The position numbers and the translations under genes are program-made. Positions 17,085 through 25,330 of a stretch of DNA of 64,000 nt are shown one piece after another. Origin of the DNA: Clostridiales bacterium (GTDB taxonomy: Bacteria > Bacillota > Clostridia > Oscillospirales > CAG-272); the NCBI GenBank assembly GCA_003522145.1, contig DPGD01000042.1, forward strand, positions 4,945 through 68,944. The letters are read 5' to 3'. Position 1 is the stretch's first letter, and every line of letters starts with the position of its first letter. The notes under the pieces were generated by a model. The model was not told where the DNA came from and did not search any database. It was given only the letters and a program-made list of their open reading frames with translations.

Positions 17085-17114
17085 ATTGCATTTTTATTCT
17101 GTTTATGGTAATAT
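17085..17114 (+). promoter_or_regulatory. argG promoter overlapped by an ARG-box-like site
   Basis: TTGCAT (17086) - 17 nt - TGgTAATAT. ATTGCATTTTTATTCTGT (17085-17102) matches 13 of 16 defined positions of TNTGAATWWWWATTCANW. Confidence 0.45.
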
Positions 17115-17155
17115 TTATTCATCGAAGCGAAGCATCTGCGAAGGAGAAAAGAAAA

Positions 17156-18385
17156 ATGGATAAGAAAAAGATCAAAAAGGTTGTACTTGCCTATTCGGGA
17201 GGGCTGGATACCTCTATCATCATTCCCTGGCTGAAGGAGAATTACAACAACTGCGAAGTGATCTGCGTTTCGGGAAATGTGGGTCAGGCAAGCGAACTGG
17301 AGGGCTTAGAGGAAAAGGCACTGAAAACCGGTGCGTCCAAGATCTATATTGAAGACCTGACCGAGGAATTTTTACAGGAATGCGTGTTTCCCTGCGTGCA
17401 GGCGGGAGCGCTGTATGAGGGATATATGCTGGGCACGGCCTTTGCCCGTCCGTTTATTGCCAAGAGAGTAGCGGAGATTGCCCTGGCAGAGGGGGCTGAC
17501 GCCATCTGTCACGGATGCACCGGCAAGGGCAACGATCAGGTCCGGTTTGAGCTGGGCATCAAGGCTTTTGCACCGGATATGCCGATCATCGCTCCCTGGC
17601 GGGAATGGAGCATCAAATCCAGGGACGAAGAGATCGACTATGCGGAGGCTCACAATATTCCTCTGAAGATCAGCAGAGAGACCAACTATTCCAAGGATAA
17701 GAACATCTGGCACCTGTCCCACGAGGGCATGGATTTGGAGGATCCGGCCAATGAGCCTCAGTACAACAAGCCCGGCTTTCTGGAAATGGGTGTTTCTCCG
17801 GAGCAGGCACCCGATGAAGCAACCTATGTGACGGTACATTTTGAAAGCGGCGTGCCCACAGCTGTGGACGGTGTGGAAATGAATGCCACTAATGTGGTTT
17901 TGGCACTGAACAAGCTGGGCGGAGCCAACGGGATAGGTCTGTTTGATGTGGTGGAGAACCGTCTGGTCGGCATGAAGAGCAGAGGCCTGTACGAAACTCC
18001 CGGCGGAGCGATCCTGTACCACGCCCATGCGGTTCTGGAAACCATTTGCGTGGACAAGGAAACCCAGCACTACAAAGCATTGGTGGCACAGAAGCTGGGG
18101 GAGATCGTCTACAACGCCCAGTGGTACAGCCCCCTAACCGAGGCGATTTTAGCTTTTGTCAAGAGCACCCAGAAGTATGTGACCGGCGATGTGAAGCTGA
18201 AGCTGTATAAAGGAAACATCATCAATGCCGGTGTGACCTCTCCCTATTCGCTGTACGATCCGGAGATCGCAACCTTTGACGAGGACGAGGTGTACAATCA
18301 GGCAGATGCGGCAGGCTTCATCAACCTGTATGGTCTGCCCACCAAGGTCTATGCCAAGATGAAGGCAAAGAATCAGTTAAAGTAA
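17156..18385 (+). CDS. argG: Argininosuccinate synthase
   Basis: [26 protein letters not shown] and [22 protein letters not shown]. The upstream part of the track ORF is AT-rich promoter sequence. Confidence 0.95.
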   Translation: MDKKKIKKVVLAYSGGLDTSIIIPWLKENYNNCEVICVSGNVGQASELEGLEEKALKTGASKIYIEDLTEEFLQECVFPCVQAGALYEGYMLGTAFARPFIAKRVAEIALAEGADAICHGCTGKGNDQVRFELGIKAFAPDMPIIAPWREWSIKSRDEEIDYAEAHNIPLKISRETNYSKDKNIWHLSHEGMDLEDPANEPQYNKPGFLEMGVSPEQAPDEATYVTVHFESGVPTAVDGVEMNATNVVLALNKLGGANGIGLFDVVENRLVGMKSRGLYETPGGAILYHAHAVLETICVDKETQHYKALVAQKLGEIVYNAQWYSPLTEAILAFVKSTQKYVTGDVKLKLYKGNIINAGVTSPYSLYDPEIATFDEDEVYNQADAAGFINLYGLPTKVYAKMKAKNQLK

Positions 18386-18459
18386 AAAGATTGTGCCCCC
18401 GGGAAGCCGAGGGCACAATTCCTGTAAAAAGTATTTTTCTTGAAAGAAAGGACGAACCT

Positions 18460-19842
18460 ATGGAAAAAATGTGGGCGGGAAGGGCTGAAAAAGCCACCGA
18501 TCAGTTGGCAGATGACTTTAACTCCTCTATCCGTTTCGATTCCCGGATGTACAAAGAGGATATTGAGGGTTCTTTGGCTCATGCGGCCATGCTCTGTGCC
18601 TGCGGGATCCTTACCGAGGATGAGTGCGCCTCCATCACCGAGGGGCTGGGGGGAATCCTGTCCGATTTGGAAACGGGGAAGCTGACCTTTGACGAAACGG
18701 CAGAGGATATTCATATGTTCGTTGAAAGCGAACTGACCCGGCGCATCGGCGACAACGGAAAAAAGCTCCACACCGCCCGGAGCCGGAACGACCAGGTGGC
18801 GCTGGACCTGCGTCTGTATTTGCGTAAGGAGTGCGGGAGCATTCGGGAAAAACTGCTGACCCTGCTTTCGTCTGTAACCGATAAGGCCGAGGAATGCAAG
18901 GAGATGATCCTGCCCGGCTACACCCATTTGCAAAGGGCTCAGCCCATCACCTTCGGTCAGCACCTGCTTGCGTATTCGATGATGCTTTTAAGGGATTTGG
19001 GGCGCCTGCAGGATACTCTGAAAAGAATGAATTACAGTCCCCTGGGCTCCTGCGCCCTTGCGGGCACCACCTACCGGACCGACCGGAGAATGGTGGCAAA
19101 GGCCCTGTGCTTTGACGGTATCTGCGAGAACAGTCTGGACGGGGTGTCTGACCGGGACTATTGTCTGGAGCTGCTTTCCTGCCTGTCCATTCTGATGATG
19201 CATCTTTCCCGTTTTTCCGAAGAGATCATTCTCTGGTCCTCCTGGGAATTCAAATTCGTGGAGCTGGACGATGCCTACACCACCGGCTCCAGCATCATGC
19301 CCCAAAAGAAGAATTCCGATATGGCGGAACTGGTACGGGGGAAAACCGGGCGGGTTTACGGAGATCTTATGGGGTCGCTGACCATGCTCAAGGGTCTGCC
19401 CTTGGCCTACAATAAGGATATGCAGGAGGATAAGGAATCGGTTTTCGATGCGGTGGATACCGTGAAGATGTGTCTTGAAATTTTTGCACCGATGATCGCC
19501 ACCATGAAGCCTCTGCCGGAGAATATGTACAAGGCGGCAGGGAAGGGCTATATCAACGCCACGGATCTTGCCGACTATCTGACCAAAAAGGGATTGCCCT
19601 TCCGGACGGCCTATAAGATCGTGGGACAGACCGTGGGTTACTGTATCCGGCAGAACAAAACGCTGGAGGAACTGTCTTTGGAGGAATACAGGACGCTCTA
19701 CGAGGGCTATGATACGGGGCTCTTCGACGCCATTTCGCTGAAGAACTGCGTGAGCCGCCGGACATCCGAAGGAGGAACGGCACTGCCGTCGGTAGAAAAA
19801 CAGATCGGATTTGTGAGAGAACAGATGAAACAATTCCAATGA
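18460..19842 (+). CDS. argH: Argininosuccinate lyase
   Basis: MEKMWAGRAEKATDQLADDFNSSIRFD, TGSSIMPQKKNSDMAEL signature, and HTARSRNDQV. Confidence 0.95.
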   Translation: MEKMWAGRAEKATDQLADDFNSSIRFDSRMYKEDIEGSLAHAAMLCACGILTEDECASITEGLGGILSDLETGKLTFDETAEDIHMFVESELTRRIGDNGKKLHTARSRNDQVALDLRLYLRKECGSIREKLLTLLSSVTDKAEECKEMILPGYTHLQRAQPITFGQHLLAYSMMLLRDLGRLQDTLKRMNYSPLGSCALAGTTYRTDRRMVAKALCFDGICENSLDGVSDRDYCLELLSCLSILMMHLSRFSEEIILWSSWEFKFVELDDAYTTGSSIMPQKKNSDMAELVRGKTGRVYGDLMGSLTMLKGLPLAYNKDMQEDKESVFDAVDTVKMCLEIFAPMIATMKPLPENMYKAAGKGYINATDLADYLTKKGLPFRTAYKIVGQTVGYCIRQNKTLEELSLEEYRTLYEGYDTGLFDAISLKNCVSRRTSEGGTALPSVEKQIGFVREQMKQFQ

Positions 19843-20051
19843 AGGACGGTGCCCTTGAAAAGAGGTTCTTCGCCACAAAACAGGAAGAACAACGAAAATA
19901 GTAAGTGTTTTTCTTGACAAACGGGAAAGAATAGAGTATACTTCATGCAAGGGAGCGCAAAGGGAAAGCTTTCAGAAAACAGCGCTTCTTTCCGGCCTTC
20001 CTTGCGGTGCGGTCCAGCGTTTGCAGGAGGATGCCGGAGAAAGGAGCCACA

Positions 20052-20255
20052 ATGGCTAAAATCCGATTGAATGAGGATGAAGAAATTGTACGGACGGTCA
20101 AGGAAGGACTGAAAACAAGGGGCGGCTATTGCCCCTGCCGCAGGGAAATGAATGAAGATACCAAGTGTATGTGCAAGGAATTCAGAGAGCAGATCGCCGA
20201 TCCGGAATTTGAAGGCTATTGCCACTGCATGCTCTATTATAAGGAAAAGGGTTGA
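20052..20255 (+). CDS. Ferredoxin-thioredoxin reductase catalytic-subunit-like small Cys protein
   Basis: 67 aa with CPC..(9)..CMC..(15)..CHC in GGYCPCRREMNEDTKCMCKEFREQIADPEFEGYCHCMLYY. GGAGAAAGGAG RBS. The thioredoxin gene follows 17 nt later. Confidence 0.7.
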   Translation: MAKIRLNEDEEIVRTVKEGLKTRGGYCPCRREMNEDTKCMCKEFREQIADPEFEGYCHCMLYYKEKG

Positions 20256-20272
20256 ACTCTAAGGAGGGAAAA

Positions 20273-20578
20273 ATGAAGGTCACGAAGAATAATTTTGAAG
20301 AGGAAGTATTGAAAAGCGAAAAGACGGTGCTGGTGGATCTGTATGCCGATTGGTGCGGTCCCTGCAGGATGCTGGCTCCGATTCTGGAGGAAGTAGAGAC
20401 GGAGCGGGAGGATGTGAAGGTCTGCAAGATCAATGTGGACGAGGAAGCAGAGATCGCCTCCTCCTTCGGCGTTTCCTATATTCCCATGCTGGTGCTGATC
20501 AAGGACGGGAAAACGGTTGCTTCAAGCACCGGATATAAAACCAAGGAGCAGGTGTTTGCCTTTATCGACGGGCAGTGA
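20273..20578 (+). CDS. trxA: Thioredoxin
   Basis: LVDLYADWCGPCRMLAPILEEV active site. 101 aa. AAGGAGGG RBS. Confidence 0.93.
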   Translation: MKVTKNNFEEEVLKSEKTVLVDLYADWCGPCRMLAPILEEVETEREDVKVCKINVDEEAEIASSFGVSYIPMLVLIKDGKTVASSTGYKTKEQVFAFIDGQ

Positions 20579-20704
20579 AAAAGCGGCAAGGGACTGTCGG
20601 AAATAGGTGCTTCCTTTCAGCACCCGGTCCGAAGATATACCGGGCTTGTTGCACCTATGGAATCCTGTTTTCGGGCTGTGCAAAAACGGACGGAAGAATA
20701 AAAA

Positions 20705-20909
20705 GGGGCTGTAAAAAACATCGAGTTTTTTACAGCCCCTCAAAAAAAGCCGGTGGGGATTCCGGCTTTTTTGATGGGATTTCGGTCGGTTTTGCCCTTC
20801 ATTTTGTAGAGATTTCGGTGGATGCTGCGGCAAAATGACGGCTGAAAGCCGTCAAAACCAATGTCATCGGGGATGCTAAAAAATTCCGAAAGAATTTTTT
20901 AACATCCCC
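20705..20909 (+). repeat. Family-R multi-hairpin repeat, long variant with four hairpins
   Basis: Hairpin A is GGGGCTGTAAAAAA..TTTTTTACAGCCCC and hairpin B is TCAAAAAAAGCCGG..CCGGCTTTTTTGA, followed by the core. The internal hairpin is GACGGCTGAAAGCCGTC and the terminal hairpin is GGGGATGCTAAAAAATTCCGAAAGAATTTTTTAACATCCCC. Confidence 0.9.
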
Positions 20910-20946
20910 TTTCGGTTTGGAAGAGGAAAGAGCCGGAAAAAATCAT

Positions 20947-22215
20947 TCAGCCGTTGTGCTCGGTGATTTTTTCAATGACTGCTCCGCACCGGCGGAGCTT
21001 GCCCACCAGATCGTCATAGCCCCGTTCGATCAGGTGAATGTTGTCGATTTCGCTTTCTCCGGCGGTGGCCAACCCGGCAATGACCATGGCCGCTCCTGCC
21101 CGCAGGTCCACGGCCCGCACCCGGGCCGGTCGAAGAGCGGTGCGCCCCTCAATGATCGCCGTTTTTCCGTCCACTTTGATCCGTGCGCCCATGCGCAGAA
21201 GCTCCTCCGTGTAGCGGAAACGGTTGTCGTATACGCTTTCGTTCAGGTTGGAAATTCCTTCGGCCAGACACATCAGCACCGCCATCTGGGGTTGCATATC
21301 CGTGGGAAAACCGGGATAGGGCTGGGTTTTCACATTGACTCGGGTAAGCCCTCCGGTTCTGGTCACCACCACATAGTCATCCCCCTCCAGCACCTCCACG
21401 CCCATTTCGCAGAGCTTTGCGGTGATGGATTCCAGGTGTCTGGGAATGACATTGGTGATCTTCACGCTTCCGCCGGTTGCGGCGGCGGCAATCATATAGG
21501 TGCCGGCTTCGATCATATCCGGAATGATGGCGTAAGTACAGCCGTGCAGGGCTTCCACGCCCTTGATTTTGATGGCATCGGTCCCGGCACCGGAAATCTG
21601 TGCGCCGCAGGTGTTCAGAAAGTTTGCTACATCCACGATGTGCGGTTCTCTTGCCGCATTTTCAATGACGGTCATACCCGGTGCGCAAACCGATGCCAGC
21701 ATCACATTGATGGTGGCACCCACCGAAACAAGGTCGAAGAAGATACTGCTTCCTTTTAATCCCTGAGGAGCGGAAATCTCCACATAGTTGCTGTCGGTCC
21801 GGACCGTACATCCGAGGGCTTCAAAACCCTTGATGTGCTGGTCGATAGGGCGGGAGCCGAAATCACAACCGCCGGGAACGCCCACATAGGCCTTTCCGTA
21901 GCGTCCGACCTCGGCGCCCAGAAGATAGTAGGAGGCCCGGATTTTCCGCACCAGCTCCAAGGAAGAACAGCCTCCCCGGACTCTGGTGCAATTTACGGAG
22001 ACCGTTGTCGGATTCAAATATGTTACCGAAGCCCCCATGTCCTCAAGAATGGTCAATGCGACCCTCACATCGTCGATGGAGGGCAGATTTTCAATGGTAC
22101 AGGTGTCTTTCACCAGAAGACATCCGAAAATAATGGGCAGAGCGGCGTTTTTCATGCCGCTGGTTTCAATTTCACCGTAGAGGGGCTGCCCGCCCCGGAT
22201 TACGATTTTCTCCAT
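20947..22215 (-). CDS. murA: UDP-N-acetylglucosamine 1-carboxyvinyltransferase
   Basis: MEKIVIRGGQPLYGEIETSGMKNAALPIIF, with the catalytic Cys context GVPGGCDFGSRPIDQH. 422 aa. Confidence 0.95.
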   Translation of the reverse strand: MEKIVIRGGQPLYGEIETSGMKNAALPIIFGCLLVKDTCTIENLPSIDDVRVALTILEDMGASVTYLNPTTVSVNCTRVRGGCSSLELVRKIRASYYLLGAEVGRYGKAYVGVPGGCDFGSRPIDQHIKGFEALGCTVRTDSNYVEISAPQGLKGSSIFFDLVSVGATINVMLASVCAPGMTVIENAAREPHIVDVANFLNTCGAQISGAGTDAIKIKGVEALHGCTYAIIPDMIEAGTYMIAAAATGGSVKITNVIPRHLESITAKLCEMGVEVLEGDDYVVVTRTGGLTRVNVKTQPYPGFPTDMQPQMAVLMCLAEGISNLNESVYDNRFRYTEELLRMGARIKVDGKTAIIEGRTALRPARVRAVDLRAGAAMVIAGLATAGESEIDNIHLIERGYDDLVGKLRRCGAVIEKITEHNG

Positions 22216-22398
22216 ATTCTATCGTGACCGCCCGCCGGGCGGAATCCCTTTCTTATGTTCCGGTCCTTTGAAGGAACCCTCATACATAGACTATTGTATC
22301 ATACTTTTTTCTCCCTGAAAAGGGTTTTTTTGATTTTTTATTCCACGGGGAAGAAAAATATCCCGCACTTTCAGTTTATGCGAAAAAGACCGAACCGG

Positions 22399-23055
22399 TC
22401 AGAAGAAAAAGGCGTTCTCAAAGAGAGAGAAAGGGGAGTCTTCCGGAAGAGCTCTGCAATCGAAAAAACCGGGAATCGCCAGATGCGCCGAAAAGAGAGC
22501 CGGGAAGTTTTCTTTGTCCTGACTGCCGTAGCGCCGATCGCCCACAAGGGGAAAGCCTCTGGAGGCAAACTGTACCCGGATCTGGTGCGTGCGCCCGGTG
22601 TAGAGCCGAACCCGCACAAGAGCGCAGGGCTCTCCCGAAATCTCACCGATGCCAAGGCGTACAAAGGAGAGCCTGGCCTCCTTCACGCCGGTACGCATAC
22701 GGTCCACCACATAGGTTTTTCCGCTTTTGCTGTCTCGGAACAGCAGATCCTCCAGGACACCCTCCTCTGGGGGCAGCCCTTTCACGACGGCAAAATACTC
22801 TTTTTCTGCCTGCCGTGCGGCGATTTTCGCTGAAAGCTCGCCGGCTGTGGGGCTGTTTTTGGCAAGCACCATCACGCCCCCCACATCCCGGTCTAACCGA
22901 TGTACCGTAAAAAATCGGGGGTCTTTGGCCCCTTTTTCAAGAAACATCCGGCGTAAAAGCAGGGGCACGCTCTGCTTGTTTCCCGATTCTTCGGAAAGCA
23001 CGCCTGCCGGCTTTACGACCACAATGAGATTTTTTGTTTCGTAAAGTATTTTCAT
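22399..23055 (-). CDS. RluA-family pseudouridine synthase (short form, no S4 domain)
   Basis: Catalytic motif VHRLDRDVGGVMVLAK and GRTHQIRVQFASRGFPLVGDRRYG. ATG 23055 is preferred over GTG 23061. Confidence 0.85.
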   Translation of the reverse strand: MKILYETKNLIVVVKPAGVLSEESGNKQSVPLLLRRMFLEKGAKDPRFFTVHRLDRDVGGVMVLAKNSPTAGELSAKIAARQAEKEYFAVVKGLPPEEGVLEDLLFRDSKSGKTYVVDRMRTGVKEARLSFVRLGIGEISGEPCALVRVRLYTGRTHQIRVQFASRGFPLVGDRRYGSQDKENFPALFSAHLAIPGFFDCRALPEDSPFSLFENAFFF

Positions 23056-23096
23056 ATACACTCATTTCTTGTCAAACAGGAACTTTCAGCACACTT

Positions 23097-23125
23097 TTGA
23101 CAAAAAGCATTTTTTGTGCTATACT
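23097..23125 (+). promoter_or_regulatory. Promoter of the second flavin reductase gene
   Basis: TTGACA, a 17-nt spacer ending in TGC, and TATACT (extended -10). Confidence 0.7.
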
Positions 23126-23161
23126 GCAACCAAAGAAAAACAGAAGACAGGACGAAAAAAA

Positions 23162-23755
23162 ATGGGCAGAATTTCCTTTAAAGGAGGGGCGCTTTTGGCG
23201 CCGGTGCCTCCCCTATTGGTCACTTCCGGAAATATGGAGCATCCCAATGTGATGACGGCCGCCTGGACGGGGATCATCAACACCAAGCCTCCCAAAACCT
23301 ATGTGTCGATCCGACCGGAGCGCTATACCTACGAATTGGTGAAGAAATCGGGGGAGCTGGTGCTCAATCTGACCACAGAGGAACTGGTGAAGGCTGCGGA
23401 CTTCTGCGGCGTGCGGTCGGGAAGAACCGTGGATAAGTTTGAAAAGTGCCGTCTGACACCCCTGTCCTCGGTTGAGGTGTCCGCTCCGACCTTGGATCAA
23501 AGTCCTCTGTCCTTGGAGTGCCGGGTCTTTGAAGAGCTGGATCTGGGCAGTCACCGGATGTTCTTGCTGGATGTGGTGGCGGTGACGGTGAGGGAGGAAC
23601 TGTTGGACAAAGGGGGAAAACTGCACCTTGAAAAATGCGGGCTCGCCGCCTACGCCCACGGAGACTATTTCTCTTTGGGAAAAAAGCTGGGTAGTTTCGG
23701 CTTTTCGGTGCGGAAGAAGCATAAATTGCCCCCCAAGGCAAACAAAAAAAGCTAA
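23162..23755 (+). CDS. Flavin reductase-like (FMN-binding split-barrel) protein, paralog of 1558-2127
   Basis: PPLLVTSGNMEHPNVMTAAWTGIINTKPP and CGVRSGRTVDKFEKCRL. Lys-rich C-terminal tail. Confidence 0.8.
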   Translation: MGRISFKGGALLAPVPPLLVTSGNMEHPNVMTAAWTGIINTKPPKTYVSIRPERYTYELVKKSGELVLNLTTEELVKAADFCGVRSGRTVDKFEKCRLTPLSSVEVSAPTLDQSPLSLECRVFEELDLGSHRMFLLDVVAVTVREELLDKGGKLHLEKCGLAAYAHGDYFSLGKKLGSFGFSVRKKHKLPPKANKKS

Positions 23756-23922
23756 AAGGCCAAAGGAGCAAGAAGGCAACGTTTTTTGTTTTTCGGAAAA
23801 GATTCTTTTCGGTTTTTCGGCAAGGTTCCTTTCCCATTTTTTCAAAAAAGGATCCTTTTCGAAAAACATCTTCCTTTTTCTTACATATACTGAAAAAAAC
23901 GAAAGAAAAAAGGAGAAAAAAT

Positions 23923-24984
23923 ATGACCGAAGAATATAAGCTGCAAAACGGAGAGGGCGGATGCTTTGCCTGTATCAATTCAGGGCAGGGCTTCCGCTCT
24001 TATTTTGACACATTTTTGGGAAAAATGCAATATGTTTATGTGATAAAAGGAGGGCCGGGCACCGGAAAATCCGGATTTATGCGCCGCATCCGGAAGGAAG
24101 CTCAAAAAAGGGGTGAGGAAAGTCTGCCGATTTTCTGTTCCTCCGATCCGGAATCCTTGGACGGATTGATTTTAAAAGAGCGGCGGATCGCCTTTGTGGA
24201 CGGCACTTCTCCCCATGTGCAGGAGCCGGCTCAGCCCGGGGTGGATGGAGAAATTCTGAATTTCGGAGAATTCTGGGAGAGCGAAAGGTTAGGGAGTGAA
24301 AGGGAAGAAATTCTTTTCTTGGCCCGCCAAAAGGCAGAAGGCTATCGACGGGGATTCTCCCTGCTTGCGGCGGCCCAAAAAATCCAAGAGGCAAAATATT
24401 CCCTTGTACAACCGAGGGTGGATTTCCCGAAACTCGGAAAATGGGCCAGAAAAATGCTGTCCGCCGTGGTTTCCAAGGAGAGGAAGGGCGAAAAACAAAT
24501 ATGCCCCATGGCGTCGATGGGCATGGAGGGAGCCGTGTACCTGGACAGCCAGCAGGAGATGGCCGGGGAGATCCGAAGCTTTCAGCCCTTTTACGGGGTG
24601 GAGTATCTTCTTTTGGAGGAGTTGGAACGGCAGGCGGAAAACCAAAAGCTCTCTTTTTCGGTGTCTCCCGACCCGGTTTCCCTGCGCCCGGAAAGTCTGT
24701 TCTTTCCCGAAAGCCGGACGCTTTTCCGAAGAGGTGCGCCCTGCATGAAAGAAGGGGAGAGGACGGTTTCTCTGCGCCCGGCCTTTGGTATGCCGCCTGC
24801 GGAGTGCCGAAAACGACTGCATCGGCTGGAAAAGGAGGAGAAAACTCTGTTTCGCCTGTCGGAAGAAGAATTTGAAAGAATTTCCGAAGCCCACTTTACG
24901 CTGGAGGAGCTTTACGGAAAGGCGATGGATTTTTCCAGGGTGGATGAATTGGAAAGGCGAATCTGTCACAAAATCTTCGGATAA
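23923..24984 (+). CDS. P-loop NTPase of unknown function (looks like the PRK06851-type Firmicute family)
   Basis: GQGFRSYF..YVYVIKGGPGTGKSGFMRRI, then IFCSSDPESLDGLIL and FVDGTSPHVQEP. 353 aa. Confidence 0.6.
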   Translation: MTEEYKLQNGEGGCFACINSGQGFRSYFDTFLGKMQYVYVIKGGPGTGKSGFMRRIRKEAQKRGEESLPIFCSSDPESLDGLILKERRIAFVDGTSPHVQEPAQPGVDGEILNFGEFWESERLGSEREEILFLARQKAEGYRRGFSLLAAAQKIQEAKYSLVQPRVDFPKLGKWARKMLSAVVSKERKGEKQICPMASMGMEGAVYLDSQQEMAGEIRSFQPFYGVEYLLLEELERQAENQKLSFSVSPDPVSLRPESLFFPESRTLFRRGAPCMKEGERTVSLRPAFGMPPAECRKRLHRLEKEEKTLFRLSEEEFERISEAHFTLEELYGKAMDFSRVDELERRICHKIFG

Positions 24985-25021
24985 AAATGCAGGTTCTTTT
25001 CGCAAAGGTGTATAAAAATCC

Positions 25022-25194
25022 GGGACTGTAAAAAAATCATTTTTCACACCCCTCAAAAATTCCGGTGGGGATTCCGGCATTTTTGAGGCGATCTTGGTCG
25101 GTTTTGCCCTTGATTTTGCCGAAATTCAGATGGATTTTGCGGCGAAATGACAGCGGAGGTGTAAAAAACGCTGACGGAGCTTTTTTACACCTCC
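25022..25194 (+). repeat. Family-R multi-hairpin repeat, short variant with a degenerate hairpin A
   Basis: GGGACTGTAAAAAAA..TTTTTCACACCCC, hairpin B TCAAAAATTCCGG..CCGGCATTTTTGA, core GATCTTGGTCGGTTTTGCCCTTGATTTTGCCGAAATTCAGATGGATTTTGCGGC, and hairpin C GGAGGTGTAAAAAA-cgctgacggagc-TTTTTTACACCTCC. Confidence 0.9.
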
Positions 25195-25330
25195 CCAAAA
25201 GGATTCGTTTTGCGGTTTTACCCCGATCAGGCCGGTTTTTCCGACAAAAAGGGTTGTTTCAAGAGAGCGGTCGTGCAGGAAGAGGAGAATGTCCGGCAAA
25301 AAGAACAAAAAAAGGGGAGTGTTGCCCGAA

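Noticed and set aside
25088-25150. Possible small protein encoded by the conserved core of family-R repeats (for example AILVGFALDFAEIQMDFAAK-stop, with similar translations and a stop at the same place in copies 20705 and 50977)
   Set aside because: No ATG and no SD are present. Substitutions between copies are spread over all three codon positions. Length changes in the T-runs and a 1-nt indel in copy 16752 break the frame. The frame agreement in the core simply reflects the absence of indels there. I treat the element as non-coding.
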